UHGV virus genome: UHGV-0205111
Direction: 5' to 3' (one strand)
Origin: a virus
Length of the DNA: 39,948 nt
In this document: in pieces, positions 7,599 through 14,854 of the stretch
Numbering within the stretch: the first letter of the stretch is position 1
Layout: the number at the start of each line of letters is the position of its first letter
Notes under the pieces: generated by a model
Told to the model about the DNA's origin: nothing
Seen by the model: the letters and a program-made list of their open reading frames with translations, nothing else
Databases searched by the model: none
Made by a program: the position numbers and the translations under genes

Positions 7599-7616
7599 CC
7601 ATTTATGGATGACAAA

Positions 7617-8135
7617 TTAATAAAAGTCATAATGTGAAACTGTATCAAATAAATACATTCCCATATCCAATGTAGAATCAAAATCTTTCGGACCTAAACA
7701 TGTAATAGAAAAACAATAGTCATCTTTAATAAAATCACACCAAATATAATACCGACCTTCTTCGGGCTTTAAGATAAACAGTACACCATTTTTGGAAGGC
7801 ACTATTTTGGAATATATAATACTATTATTTTTAGAGATGATGTTTTCTTTCCATGAGGTTAAAAAAGATTCACCATATTTAGGATATGTAGAAGGAATTG
7901 CTAAAAAAGAAATACCTTGATTAGTGGATTTTGATTCCAAATGGGACATAGTATAAACCAGTAACCTATGCTGTGTCAAAATGCTAATGGAATTAGGATT
8001 CATGACGGTGACATTTTTAATAATAAATGATGGCAATTTTATTTTCATGTGATTAGACATGATTTCCATAGCAAATACAGGGTAGCTAATAAATGTAATA
8101 AGTATTAGTGTAAACAGAAATTTTCTTATTTTCAT
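7617..8135 (-). CDS. Secreted/periplasmic protein of the immunity region (AT-rich moron; possible superinfection exclusion)
   Basis: Sec signal MKIRKFLFTLILITFISYPVFA; RBS AGGAGGTG; co-oriented with the repressor. Confidence 0.7.
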   Translation of the reverse strand: MKIRKFLFTLILITFISYPVFAMEIMSNHMKIKLPSFIIKNVTVMNPNSISILTQHRLLVYTMSHLESKSTNQGISFLAIPSTYPKYGESFLTSWKENIISKNNSIIYSKIVPSKNGVLFILKPEEGRYYIWCDFIKDDYCFSITCLGPKDFDSTLDMGMYLFDTVSHYDFY

Positions 8136-8150
8136 AAAAGCACCTCCTGT

Positions 8151-8513
8151 TTAATATCCATACTTTAAGTAATCAATGTCCAATTCGCAGTCATCTATAC
8201 GTGACCTAAGATAATCGACTTCGGATTCTAAAGAATCTACTTTATAGTCAATATCCAATGATGTTGTAGAAGATTCTATTTCTTGCACTTTTTGTGTTAA
8301 ATTTTTTATTTGCCATTCTTGATAGCCGATAAAACACAATAAAAGAATAATGACTGCCGGTAAGATGTATTTACGAATATGAATATGTAATGAAACGTGG
8401 ACATTCATCCGTATAGATTTAAATATGTCAGAGAATAAAGTAAAAAATGCGTAAGCCAAACCTATAAAAAAGAGGGTGGCTATTATATAAAGAAATATAT
8501 TCACAATGACCAC
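8151..8513 (-). CDS. Membrane protein (2 TM plus acidic coiled coil) of the immunity region
   Basis: Two hydrophobic helices and a C-terminal heptad repeat; exact start uncertain. Confidence 0.65.
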   Translation of the reverse strand: MVIVNIFLYIIATLFFIGLAYAFFTLFSDIFKSIRMNVHVSLHIHIRKYILPAVIILLLCFIGYQEWQIKNLTQKVQEIESSTTSLDIDYKVDSLESEVDYLRSRIDDCELDIDYLKYGY

Positions 8514-8721
8514 TCCTTATAAAAGATATAGCCCCGCCCACGATTGGACGGGGCTATTACATTACGTTCGACATATTATGCGATATGCCGGACTACCTTT
8601 CGATAGTCTCCATGTCACGCTGCTTGCATCGTAAGTATGCGATGTAGTGTAGTGGAGTGTAGTGGAGTAGGACTATATAATTTTGCATCCTTACGATGCA
8701 AAAAGACTCAGCGCCGTCGCT

Positions 8722-9225
8722 TTAATGACGACCGGTGCCAGTGATGGGTTCGCTTCCACCGACGCATGGAGACGACACCGCGTTTCTTTCGGCTTGCAGT
8801 TCTAGTCTGTACCGCTCAACCTCTGCGTCTATGTCGTCATCAACGGATTTTTGCATAAACTTATTGGCGGCATTAATAACATTAAAAAATGTTTCTGCCA
8901 ACGCTTCCTGCTTATCGTCATCCATAGATAGAAAAATCTCCATCACACGGCGCCGAGCCGGTGACATATTGTACCGTTTGCACAGCTCATCGACAATAGA
9001 TGATTCTGTCTCACGGTACATCGGCCCGCTGCCGGTTCGCAGCCAGGCTTCTGAAACATTAAAACACTCACAAATCATTTTAATGGTGCGATCTGTAATA
9101 GTAACTGCACCAGTTTCAATTCCGGCAAAATTAGACTGACTCATCTGGATTTGCTTAGCAAATTCGGCTTGAGTCATTTTTTTTTCTTTTTTTCTAAAAT
9201 CCCGGATTCGTTCATTCACAGTCAT
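8722..9225 (-). CDS. CI-like XRE-family HTH repressor
   Basis: RIRDFRKKEKKMTQAEFAKQIQMSQSNFAGIETG...FNVSEAWLRTGSGPM; RBS AAAGGAGG; divergent from the early operon. Confidence 0.9.
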   Translation of the reverse strand: MTVNERIRDFRKKEKKMTQAEFAKQIQMSQSNFAGIETGAVTITDRTIKMICECFNVSEAWLRTGSGPMYRETESSIVDELCKRYNMSPARRRVMEIFLSMDDDKQEALAETFFNVINAANKFMQKSVDDDIDAEVERYRLELQAERNAVSSPCVGGSEPITGTGRH

Positions 9226-9266
9226 AAGAACTATCCTCCTTTCATGTTAATAATAACATTTTATCT

Positions 9267-9295
9267 ATTATAAGTAAATAGCAAAATATCTACAA
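9267..9295 (-). promoter_or_regulatory. Leftward promoter for the repressor operon
   Basis: Minus-strand TTGTAG-17 nt-TATAAT. Confidence 0.55.
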
Positions 9296-9363
9296 TAGAT
9301 AAAATATAATATAAAATTTATTGACATAGATAAAAATACCTGTTAAAATATCTATAACGGATA
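9287..9363. promoter_or_regulatory. Putative repressor operators TATCTA-N3-TAGATA
   Basis: Perfect site at 9287-9301, half site at 9327-9332, near-perfect site at 9349-9363, in 31-bp register; extra half site at 9262. Confidence 0.6.
9321..9349 (+). promoter_or_regulatory. Early lytic promoter (PR-like)
   Basis: TTGACA-17 nt-TAAAAT with extended -10 TG. Confidence 0.85.
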
Positions 9364-9390
9364 AACAAAAAGCAGGGAGGAAACAAGAAA

Positions 9391-9474
9391 ATGGAAATTA
9401 TCTATACCATAACAGGGGCAGCCATAGCCTATATTAGTGTAGCGTTGGCCTTTTATTTGTTTAAAAAAGATTGA
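9391..9474 (+). CDS. 27-aa single-TM micropeptide (MEIIYTITGAAIAYISVALAFYLFKKD)
   Basis: RBS GGGAGG; first ORF after PR; below the ORF-track cutoff. Confidence 0.6.
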   Translation: MEIIYTITGAAIAYISVALAFYLFKKD

Positions 9475-9490
9475 TAGGAGAAACAAAGAA

Positions 9491-9577
9491 ATGGAAATCA
9501 TGCAAATACAAGCATTAAAAATTTTAGTGGGATGCATGATAGGGTATTGCTTGGCAAAGATAGTGAATTGGCCATGA
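9491..9577 (+). CDS. 28-aa hydrophobic micropeptide (MEIMQIQALKILVGCMIGYCLAKIVNWP)
   Basis: RBS AGGAG; leader duplicated from the 9391 ORF. Confidence 0.5.
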   Translation: MEIMQIQALKILVGCMIGYCLAKIVNWP

Positions 9578-9675
9578 TAGATGAAATGAGTTTTAACTTA
9601 GGGTTAAGCATGGGGCTAGGGATAGCCGCAATACTGATCATTATCTTTATCATAAAAGACTATTTTAGTGATTGA
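9574..9675 (+). CDS. 33-aa single-TM micropeptide (MIDEMSFNLGLSMGLGIAAILIIIFIIKDYFSD)
   Basis: ATGA overlap with the preceding ORF; strongly hydrophobic core. Confidence 0.5.
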   Translation: MIDEMSFNLGLSMGLGIAAILIIIFIIKDYFSD

Positions 9676-9799
9676 AGAAGATTTTGCAGTTTTTAGTGAA
9701 TTAGACCGCATCGAGGAAGCGGATGAGCTGCCGAACAGAATCGAAGCGGAAAAGCTGGCACCTAACATGGCCGCGGCAATTATGTACAGAAAGGATTAG
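9668..9799 (+). CDS. 43-aa acidic peptide
   Basis: GTG start overlapping the previous stop; EEDFAVFSELDRIEEADELP; no clear RBS. Confidence 0.3.
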   Translation: MIEEDFAVFSELDRIEEADELPNRIEAEKLAPNMAAAIMYRKD

Positions 9800-9854
9800 A
9801 AAATATTCCTGATTTTTTGTAAAAAAATATTCCCAATGAAAGGTGGTGGGAACG

Positions 9855-10007
9855 ATGAAAAAAGAAAAATGGGAAGAAGTAGCAAAGCGTATCAGCGAAA
9901 TGCCGATCGGTGATTTCGAAGCCGGATTGCTGTATGGCATGTCTATTAGCTATGACAGCTGGAAGGCAGAAGCGGCGAAAGAACAGAAAGAAGGGAAAAG
10001 TGCATGA
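9855..10007 (+). CDS. 50-aa hypothetical early protein
   Basis: RBS AAAGGTGG; MKKEKWEEVAKRISEMPIGDFEAGLLYGMS...; ATGA overlap with the next gene. Confidence 0.65.
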   Translation: MKKEKWEEVAKRISEMPIGDFEAGLLYGMSISYDSWKAEAAKEQKEGKSA

Positions 10008-10276
10008 GAAAGAGGGAAAAGAATGGTAATGGAAAGTTAATTGCCGCAGTGGTTGCGGTGGCGATGGTGTTGGGCATATATGTCGGACAGGCCGACAAGC
10101 CACAGCCAACTATTACATACTACACAGTAGAAGAAGGGGATACGCTGTGGGGAATTGCTGGTCGGTATACGTCCGATAAGGAAGACGTCCGGCAGACAAT
10201 CGCCAAAATCATAGAAGATAATCAGCTTGGACAAGATAGCATTCAGCCGGGGATGCGGCTAAAAATCAGTAAGTAA
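10004..10276 (+). CDS. YneA-like TM plus LysM protein (putative cell-division inhibitor)
   Basis: N-terminal TM then YTVEEGDTLWGIA...IIEDNQL..SIQPGMRLKI LysM domain. Confidence 0.8.
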   Translation: MRKREKNGNGKLIAAVVAVAMVLGIYVGQADKPQPTITYYTVEEGDTLWGIAGRYTSDKEDVRQTIAKIIEDNQLGQDSIQPGMRLKISK

Positions 10277-10331
10277 CTACGATGGGTATTCATGAAAGAA
10301 AGGAAAGGTGCATGAGCTATAACGAAAAGAA

Positions 10332-10361
10332 AAAAGAGTACAGCTGCAACTGTACTCTTTT
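10332..10361 (+). terminator. Hairpin / terminator in the early operon
   Basis: AAAAGAGTACAG-CTGCAA-CTGTACTCTTTT. Confidence 0.65.
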
Positions 10362-10444
10362 GGGTAGAAACGTCAATAGTATTCATTAAAATTTAGACAT
10401 TTCTATGGCTATTATACCATGAAAAGGCTTTAGGAGGGATAGCT

Positions 10445-10681
10445 ATGATAAACGATTTAGAAATTCGTAAATTTGAAAAAGCATATAAAAAAGAATTTAA
10501 AGAATGGGCAGTCATGAAAGAACATGAAATCGGATCCTTGGCGGAATGCATGCAATTTGGAAAACTGGTGGGAATGCGAAAAGCATTTGCAATCATGCTC
10601 GCGGCGCAGGGATATGATAAATCATTTTCGTACGGATTGTGTGAAAAGTGGGAATTAGAATGGAGCGTATTCCATGAATAA
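10445..10681 (+). CDS. Hypothetical protein
   Basis: RBS AGGAGG; operonic. Confidence 0.65.
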   Translation: MINDLEIRKFEKAYKKEFKEWAVMKEHEIGSLAECMQFGKLVGMRKAFAIMLAAQGYDKSFSYGLCEKWELEWSVFHE

Positions 10682-10889
10682 AACGATAGAAGCGGTAAAA
10701 AAAGAAGTCGTTAAGCAAGAACATATACGCAAAAGTTTGTTAAAAAAAGATGAATTTAATGGTCATCAATGTGAAATGCAAGAATCGCTCATGCTTGGCC
10801 TAAGAATGGCGGCTCGTATTGTTGTAGAACATGAAATGAATATGAATCAGGTAGATGCCTGGATTGAAGTAAATAGTTGGTTAAAATAG
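10674..10889 (+). CDS. Hypothetical protein
   Basis: Overlaps the previous stop; helical protein. Confidence 0.6.
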   Translation: MNKTIEAVKKEVVKQEHIRKSLLKKDEFNGHQCEMQESLMLGLRMAARIVVEHEMNMNQVDAWIEVNSWLK

Positions 10890-10961
10890 GCGTGCGGTGC
10901 CGAAAGGAATTAGCTATGGAAACGATTAATATAGGAATTTTTGTGACAGGAGGACCAGCAG

Positions 10962-11162
10962 ATGAAGTGCTGGTATTGCAAGAAAAAATTACTTCCCTAT
11001 GAATGGGTATATGTGATCACCCAGAATGGAGAACGGCGGCCAGTATGTAAAGATGACCGCCGTTGCCGTCCGGGCGGCATACAATGCCATGGCGATAAGC
11101 CCAAACGGCAAAGAGCAGGGAAAAATAAGGCATTGAATAAAGCAAGGGAGAAAAAGATATGA
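10962..11162 (+). CDS. Small Cys-rich (zinc-finger-like) basic protein
   Basis: RBS AGGAGG; KCWYC...VCKDDRRC. Confidence 0.6.
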   Translation: MKCWYCKKKLLPYEWVYVITQNGERRPVCKDDRRCRPGGIQCHGDKPKRQRAGKNKALNKAREKKI

Positions 11163-11398
11163 AATGTCCTGTATGCGGGCAAGAAACCAACAGTTTTGTA
11201 TCTTGCGATAAATACGGAAAATTCATTTGCTTTAATCATTGTAAACAATGTCTATGGTTTGGCGGGACGATGCTTTGGAACTGCCTTTTTCGTAAAAGAC
11301 AGCAAAAAGCCGAAAGCTTTGGCGAGAAAGCAGTAGAAACATTTAGAAATAAGCTGACAGCCATAGATAAAAAGATAGCTGATAAAAAGCGTATATAA
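11159..11398 (+). CDS. Small zinc-finger protein
   Basis: CPVC...C...CFNHCKQC; ATGA overlap. Confidence 0.6.
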   Translation: MKCPVCGQETNSFVSCDKYGKFICFNHCKQCLWFGGTMLWNCLFRKRQQKAESFGEKAVETFRNKLTAIDKKIADKKRI

Positions 11399-11422
11399 AT
11401 ATATACATTATAAACGTGAAAA

Positions 11423-11457
11423 AAACGGGGTGAGATTCCCCGTTTCCACTTGATTAA
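11423..11457 (+). other. Candidate rolling-circle origin (hairpin plus CTTGAT nick-like motif)
   Basis: AAACGGGG-TGAGATT-CCCCGTTT followed by CCACTTGATT directly upstream of the HUH Rep; resembles the CTTG^AT nick core of phiX174/pC194 origins. Confidence 0.5.
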
Positions 11458-11490
11458 GTCTATTAAATATACAGACAAGGCGGAACATCT

Positions 11491-12420
11491 ATGTATTTGA
11501 AAAGAACAGTAACGGCAGGGAATGTTGTCGAGATAACAAAATATCATACGTCAAGATATAAGCCACCCTTTCAAGCAAGACGGGGCAGTCAGAAAAAGAC
11601 GAATGAACAACAATGGAAAATCAACGAAAAAAATTCCATTGACGGATTACGGCTGCTGATACTGAACAATTTCAAAAAAGAGGACGTACGCCTTGATCTG
11701 ACATATGCTGGTGAAGAACCGGACGAAAAAGAAGCAACAAGGAGAATCAACAATTTCTTGACAAAGCTACGACGCCACTACAGAAAAGAAGGAAAAGAAC
11801 TAAGGTGGATAATCACAACGGAACTGGACGGACACCGAATCCACCATCATTTATTGGTCAATAACATTGGCTGGGGACGGTCGACATATAACGAACTTTG
11901 GCCATGGGCGAACATGACGTATAAGTCGTTTCGTTACTATGATGGCGGTGTAGAAGATGCGGCACGAGTTGCAGCGTACTTTGTTAAAGAGACGAGAAAG
12001 ACATTTGTACAAAAAGACCGCTTGCAAAAGAGCCGATACAGAGCCAGCCGCAACTTGAAAAAACCAAGTGTAGAAAAAGAGGTTATTCAGTCCAAAACAT
12101 GGCGAGAACCAAAAGCCCCGAAAGGGTACTATATTGAAAAGCCGATTATCTACGGCAATACAGCCTTTGGGTATCCGTATATGTTTTACCGACTGATAAA
12201 ACTAGGAGGTGTGGGAAATTCGCTATCTCATTCAAAAAAGTCCGGCAGCATATCGACCGATTGCCGCCGGAATCGTAAACACGCTGCTGGTACGAAAGAA
12301 TCGGTGCATGGCAGCGGGCGAAGAAATCAATTTTGTAGAAGTGTACGAAAAGAAGCGGACGGGACAAGAATGCCTGTGCGTCATCGAAAGAGTGTACGAA
12401 AAAAAGCTGATCAAGTTTAG
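11491..12420 (+). CDS. HUH-family rolling-circle replication initiator-like protein
   Basis: Motif I LDLTY, motif II RIHHHLLV, motif III AAYFVKE. Confidence 0.8.
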   Translation: MYLKRTVTAGNVVEITKYHTSRYKPPFQARRGSQKKTNEQQWKINEKNSIDGLRLLILNNFKKEDVRLDLTYAGEEPDEKEATRRINNFLTKLRRHYRKEGKELRWIITTELDGHRIHHHLLVNNIGWGRSTYNELWPWANMTYKSFRYYDGGVEDAARVAAYFVKETRKTFVQKDRLQKSRYRASRNLKKPSVEKEVIQSKTWREPKAPKGYYIEKPIIYGNTAFGYPYMFYRLIKLGGVGNSLSHSKKSGSISTDCRRNRKHAAGTKESVHGSGRRNQFCRSVRKEADGTRMPVRHRKSVRKKADQV

Positions 12421-12502
12421 GATAAAAAGGAGGGAACGTAATGCTCGTAAAAAGAAAACGGGTACATCTCACCGGGAAAAAAGCAAGAAAACTGCACGAT
12501 GA
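12209..12502 (+). CDS. Possible hypothetical protein overlapping the Rep C-terminus
   Basis: The frame looks protein-like and AGGAGG is present but abuts the GTG; start uncertain. Confidence 0.3.
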   Translation: MWEIRYLIQKSPAAYRPIAAGIVNTLLVRKNRCMAAGEEINFVEVYEKKRTGQECLCVIERVYEKKLIKFRIKRRERNARKKKTGTSHREKSKKTAR

Positions 12503-12743
12503 TTGTTTTGAACGAGACGGACATGTATGCGTGTGTTGCGGTGCCTGGGTGCCGGACGGCCAAAAAGAACATCATGAACCATGTGGCGTATACAAAAGCG
12601 ATGAAATAGAAAAGGTCGTCACGCTATGCTATAGCTGTCACCAGAAGCGGCACAACGCAGGAAGCGAAAGTGCTACAGTGCGTGACGCCTGCGTATCGTA
12701 CCTGCGTGGATTATATGGTGCAAAGGGGGCGGCGAGAGAATGA
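12441..12743 (+). CDS. HNH endonuclease
   Basis: RDGHVCVCCG...EHHEP...VVTLCYSCHQKRH. Confidence 0.8.
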   Translation: MLVKRKRVHLTGKKARKLHDDCFERDGHVCVCCGAWVPDGQKEHHEPCGVYKSDEIEKVVTLCYSCHQKRHNAGSESATVRDACVSYLRGLYGAKGAARE

Positions 12744-13195
12744 AGAAACAATGCATTTGCTGTGGTGAAGAAATGGAAATCAAACACGGCGGCATGCTGA
12801 TTTGTGCTGCCTGTTATACCAAACTGCTGCCGAACGTACTAAAAAAAAGAGAGAATAAAACATGCCCAGTGTGTGGCATGGAAAAACCAGGCAAGAAAAC
12901 ATATTGCTGTGATACGTGCAAGCATATCGGGCAAGTCATTTTAAAACGCTGGCGGTATGCGAAAAACGAAAAAAAGCAAAATACCAGAGAACTAGTGAAA
13001 AAAGCACATAAAAAAGCGATGATGAAACACTACAAGCATACTATCCTGCCGTCTTCCGGGGAGAGAAAAGCGGAACCGGCCATGCATTACGGGAAAAATC
13101 GTACAAAGCTGGACGACGATGCATTAGCCGCAAAAGAGGCGGGCATGACATATGGAGAATGGATGTATTTCAAAAGGAGACATAACCTTGAATAA
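12740..13195 (+). CDS. Multi-CxxC zinc-binding protein
   Basis: CICC, CAAC, CPVC, YCCDTC and C-terminal AKEAGMTYGEW. Confidence 0.7.
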   Translation: MKKQCICCGEEMEIKHGGMLICAACYTKLLPNVLKKRENKTCPVCGMEKPGKKTYCCDTCKHIGQVILKRWRYAKNEKKQNTRELVKKAHKKAMMKHYKHTILPSSGERKAEPAMHYGKNRTKLDDDALAAKEAGMTYGEWMYFKRRHNLE

Positions 13196-13292
13196 AAATA
13201 TAAGGGTCATTGTATGGCGAGGTGTATTAGTGTATTGCCTAGTTTTTTGGGGTGTAGTTGTGGCTGCAATCTTACATGTAGCGGGGATGTAA
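13188..13292 (+). CDS. 34-aa single-TM peptide
   Basis: RBS AAGGAGA and TTG start; MNKNIRVIVWRGVLVYCLVFWGVVVAAILHVAGM fills the gap between genes. Confidence 0.5.
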   Translation: MNKNIRVIVWRGVLVYCLVFWGVVVAAILHVAGM

Positions 13293-13295
13293 ACC

Positions 13296-13787
13296 ATGAA
13301 ACGGATAAAAAAAATCAAAGTAAAAGACGGAAAAATTTTTTTAGAATGGCATGTTGATAAGAACGGCGGTTTTGATAACTACGATACATACACGATGGAA
13401 TGCCGAGAACAAGCACGGCCGGAATTATACGAAGCATTGTGCAAGCTGGCAGATGAAATGCGAAAGATATGCGAATTGCCGAATACAGACGAAGAAAGAA
13501 AACGGCTATGCGTTAAAGGCGTATCGTATGCGTACAATGACCAAGAGGGCATCATGGGTGCCGTGCTGATCGGCAGTCGTGAATTGTACGATTGCGTTGC
13601 ACCGCTGAATATCAACACGCCGTGCTTATGGGAAGCGGCAAAAGACGAAAAGCAGGAAATGACGCAAGATATGTACGACTTGTTGTACGAATTGCAGGAA
13701 GAATGCCAAAAATATATCAGCGGAGACAGAGCACAAATGAGTTTATTCAAAAAGGAGGAGGACCATGAAAATAAAACAACGGCTTGA
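13296..13787 (+). CDS. Conserved phage hypothetical protein
   Basis: Long ORF with PLNINTP and YISGDRAQMSLF; the C-terminal QMSLF resembles a beta-clamp binding motif. Confidence 0.75.
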   Translation: MKRIKKIKVKDGKIFLEWHVDKNGGFDNYDTYTMECREQARPELYEALCKLADEMRKICELPNTDEERKRLCVKGVSYAYNDQEGIMGAVLIGSRELYDCVAPLNINTPCLWEAAKDEKQEMTQDMYDLLYELQEECQKYISGDRAQMSLFKKEEDHENKTTA

Positions 13788-14142
13788 ACAATGCCGACAG
13801 CAGGCTAAATTATTGGATGAATTAAACTATGATAATTATTTATTGGATAAACTAGGGGATATGAGAAACGCGCCGCGGAAGCGGCTATTGCAGGAGCGGA
13901 AAAAATACAGCGATATGCGCGAACGCATGCGTCAGGAAATCCGTAAAATTAAATACCCGAGGGAATGTTACTCGGACGTACAATGCGTTTTGCTGTATCG
14001 GTATGTAGATAACCTCGGTTGGGGCGATATATGCCGAAAATTAAACCTATCGCAGTCCACGTGTTTTAAATATCAACGGCGTGGGATTGAAGAAATAGAA
14101 AAACAACATAAAGTTAGAAGTCAAAAAGAGTTTAAGGTATGA
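13765..14142 (+). CDS. Late transcriptional activator (ArpU/RinA/DUF1492-like, sigma-4 HTH)
   Basis: VLLYRYVDNLGWGDICRKLNLSQSTCFKYQRRGI; last gene before the packaging module. Confidence 0.75.
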   Translation: MKIKQRLEQCRQQAKLLDELNYDNYLLDKLGDMRNAPRKRLLQERKKYSDMRERMRQEIRKIKYPRECYSDVQCVLLYRYVDNLGWGDICRKLNLSQSTCFKYQRRGIEEIEKQHKVRSQKEFKV

Positions 14143-14159
14143 TAAACTATACTCATAGC

Positions 14160-14199
14160 AGCCACTTGTGATACGTGTATGTATTACGGGTGGCTTTGT
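14160..14199 (+). terminator. Hairpin between the early and late regions
   Basis: AGCCACTTGTGATAC-GTGTAT-GTATTACGGGTGGCT followed by T residues. Confidence 0.5.
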
Positions 14200-14218
14200 T
14201 GTACCAAGGAGAAAAAAC

Positions 14219-14854
14219 ATGAAAACAGAAAAGAAGACAAGAGAACCGCCGATCCAGCGGAGCAAAGTATTTTTAAACAAAACAGATTTTCGCGCAAATA
14301 ACGCGCGCAAAATAAATACTAAAAGGCGTCGGGCTGTAACATGGCGTCAATTTCATACGGAACGCAATTTACAGATAGTCAAGTCCTGGGCGCGTAAAGG
14401 TTGGACGAACGAAGAAATTGCCGACAAAATCGGTATCGTGATGTCAACATTTTATGAGTGGCAGAAAAAACACCCGGAGTTTTCGGAGGCCCTCAGCGAG
14501 TCCAGGGAATACTGCGTGGCTGTCGTGGAAAATGCGGTGTATGAGCGCAGTAAAGGCATACGCACGACGACAAAATCTAGCCGTACGATTACGATTTTGA
14601 CGAAAGATGCGGATGGCAATACGAAAGGCGTGCAAAGAACGACGATTGAAGACGAAAATGAAGTATTTGTGCCGCCCAACCCGACGGCGCAAAAATTCTT
14701 TTTGACGAACAGGGCACCGGATGACTGGAGCAACAAGCAACAGACGGAGCTTGCCGGAAATCTCAATATTGATACCAAAACAACTGCAGCCGACAAGCTG
14801 AAAGAAGCAATACGTAGAAAGGAAGCAAGCCATGACGGAAAAGGAAGCATTTGA
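14219..14854 (+). CDS. Terminase small subunit (HTH)
   Basis: RBS AAGGAG at ATG 14219; GWTNEEIADKIGI..STFYEWQKKHPEFSEAL and PPNPTAQKFFLTNRAPDDW; overlaps terL. Confidence 0.8.
   Translation: MKTEKKTREPPIQRSKVFLNKTDFRANNARKINTKRRRAVTWRQFHTERNLQIVKSWARKGWTNEEIADKIGIVMSTFYEWQKKHPEFSEALSESREYCVAVVENAVYERSKGIRTTTKSSRTITILTKDADGNTKGVQRTTIEDENEVFVPPNPTAQKFFLTNRAPDDWSNKQQTELAGNLNIDTKTTAADKLKEAIRRKEASHDGKGSI

Noticed and set aside
8644..8670. GTAGT/GGAGT short tandem repeat as iteron origin or mini-CRISPR
   Set aside because: Only about two 10-nt units with no spacers, and not near the Rep gene; kept only as part of the structured element.
10916..11002. 28-aa ORF METINIGIFVTGGPADEVLVLQEKITSL after the repeated motif
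   Set aside because: It has an RBS-like AAAGGA but overlaps the better-supported 10962 gene out of frame; not enough support to call.
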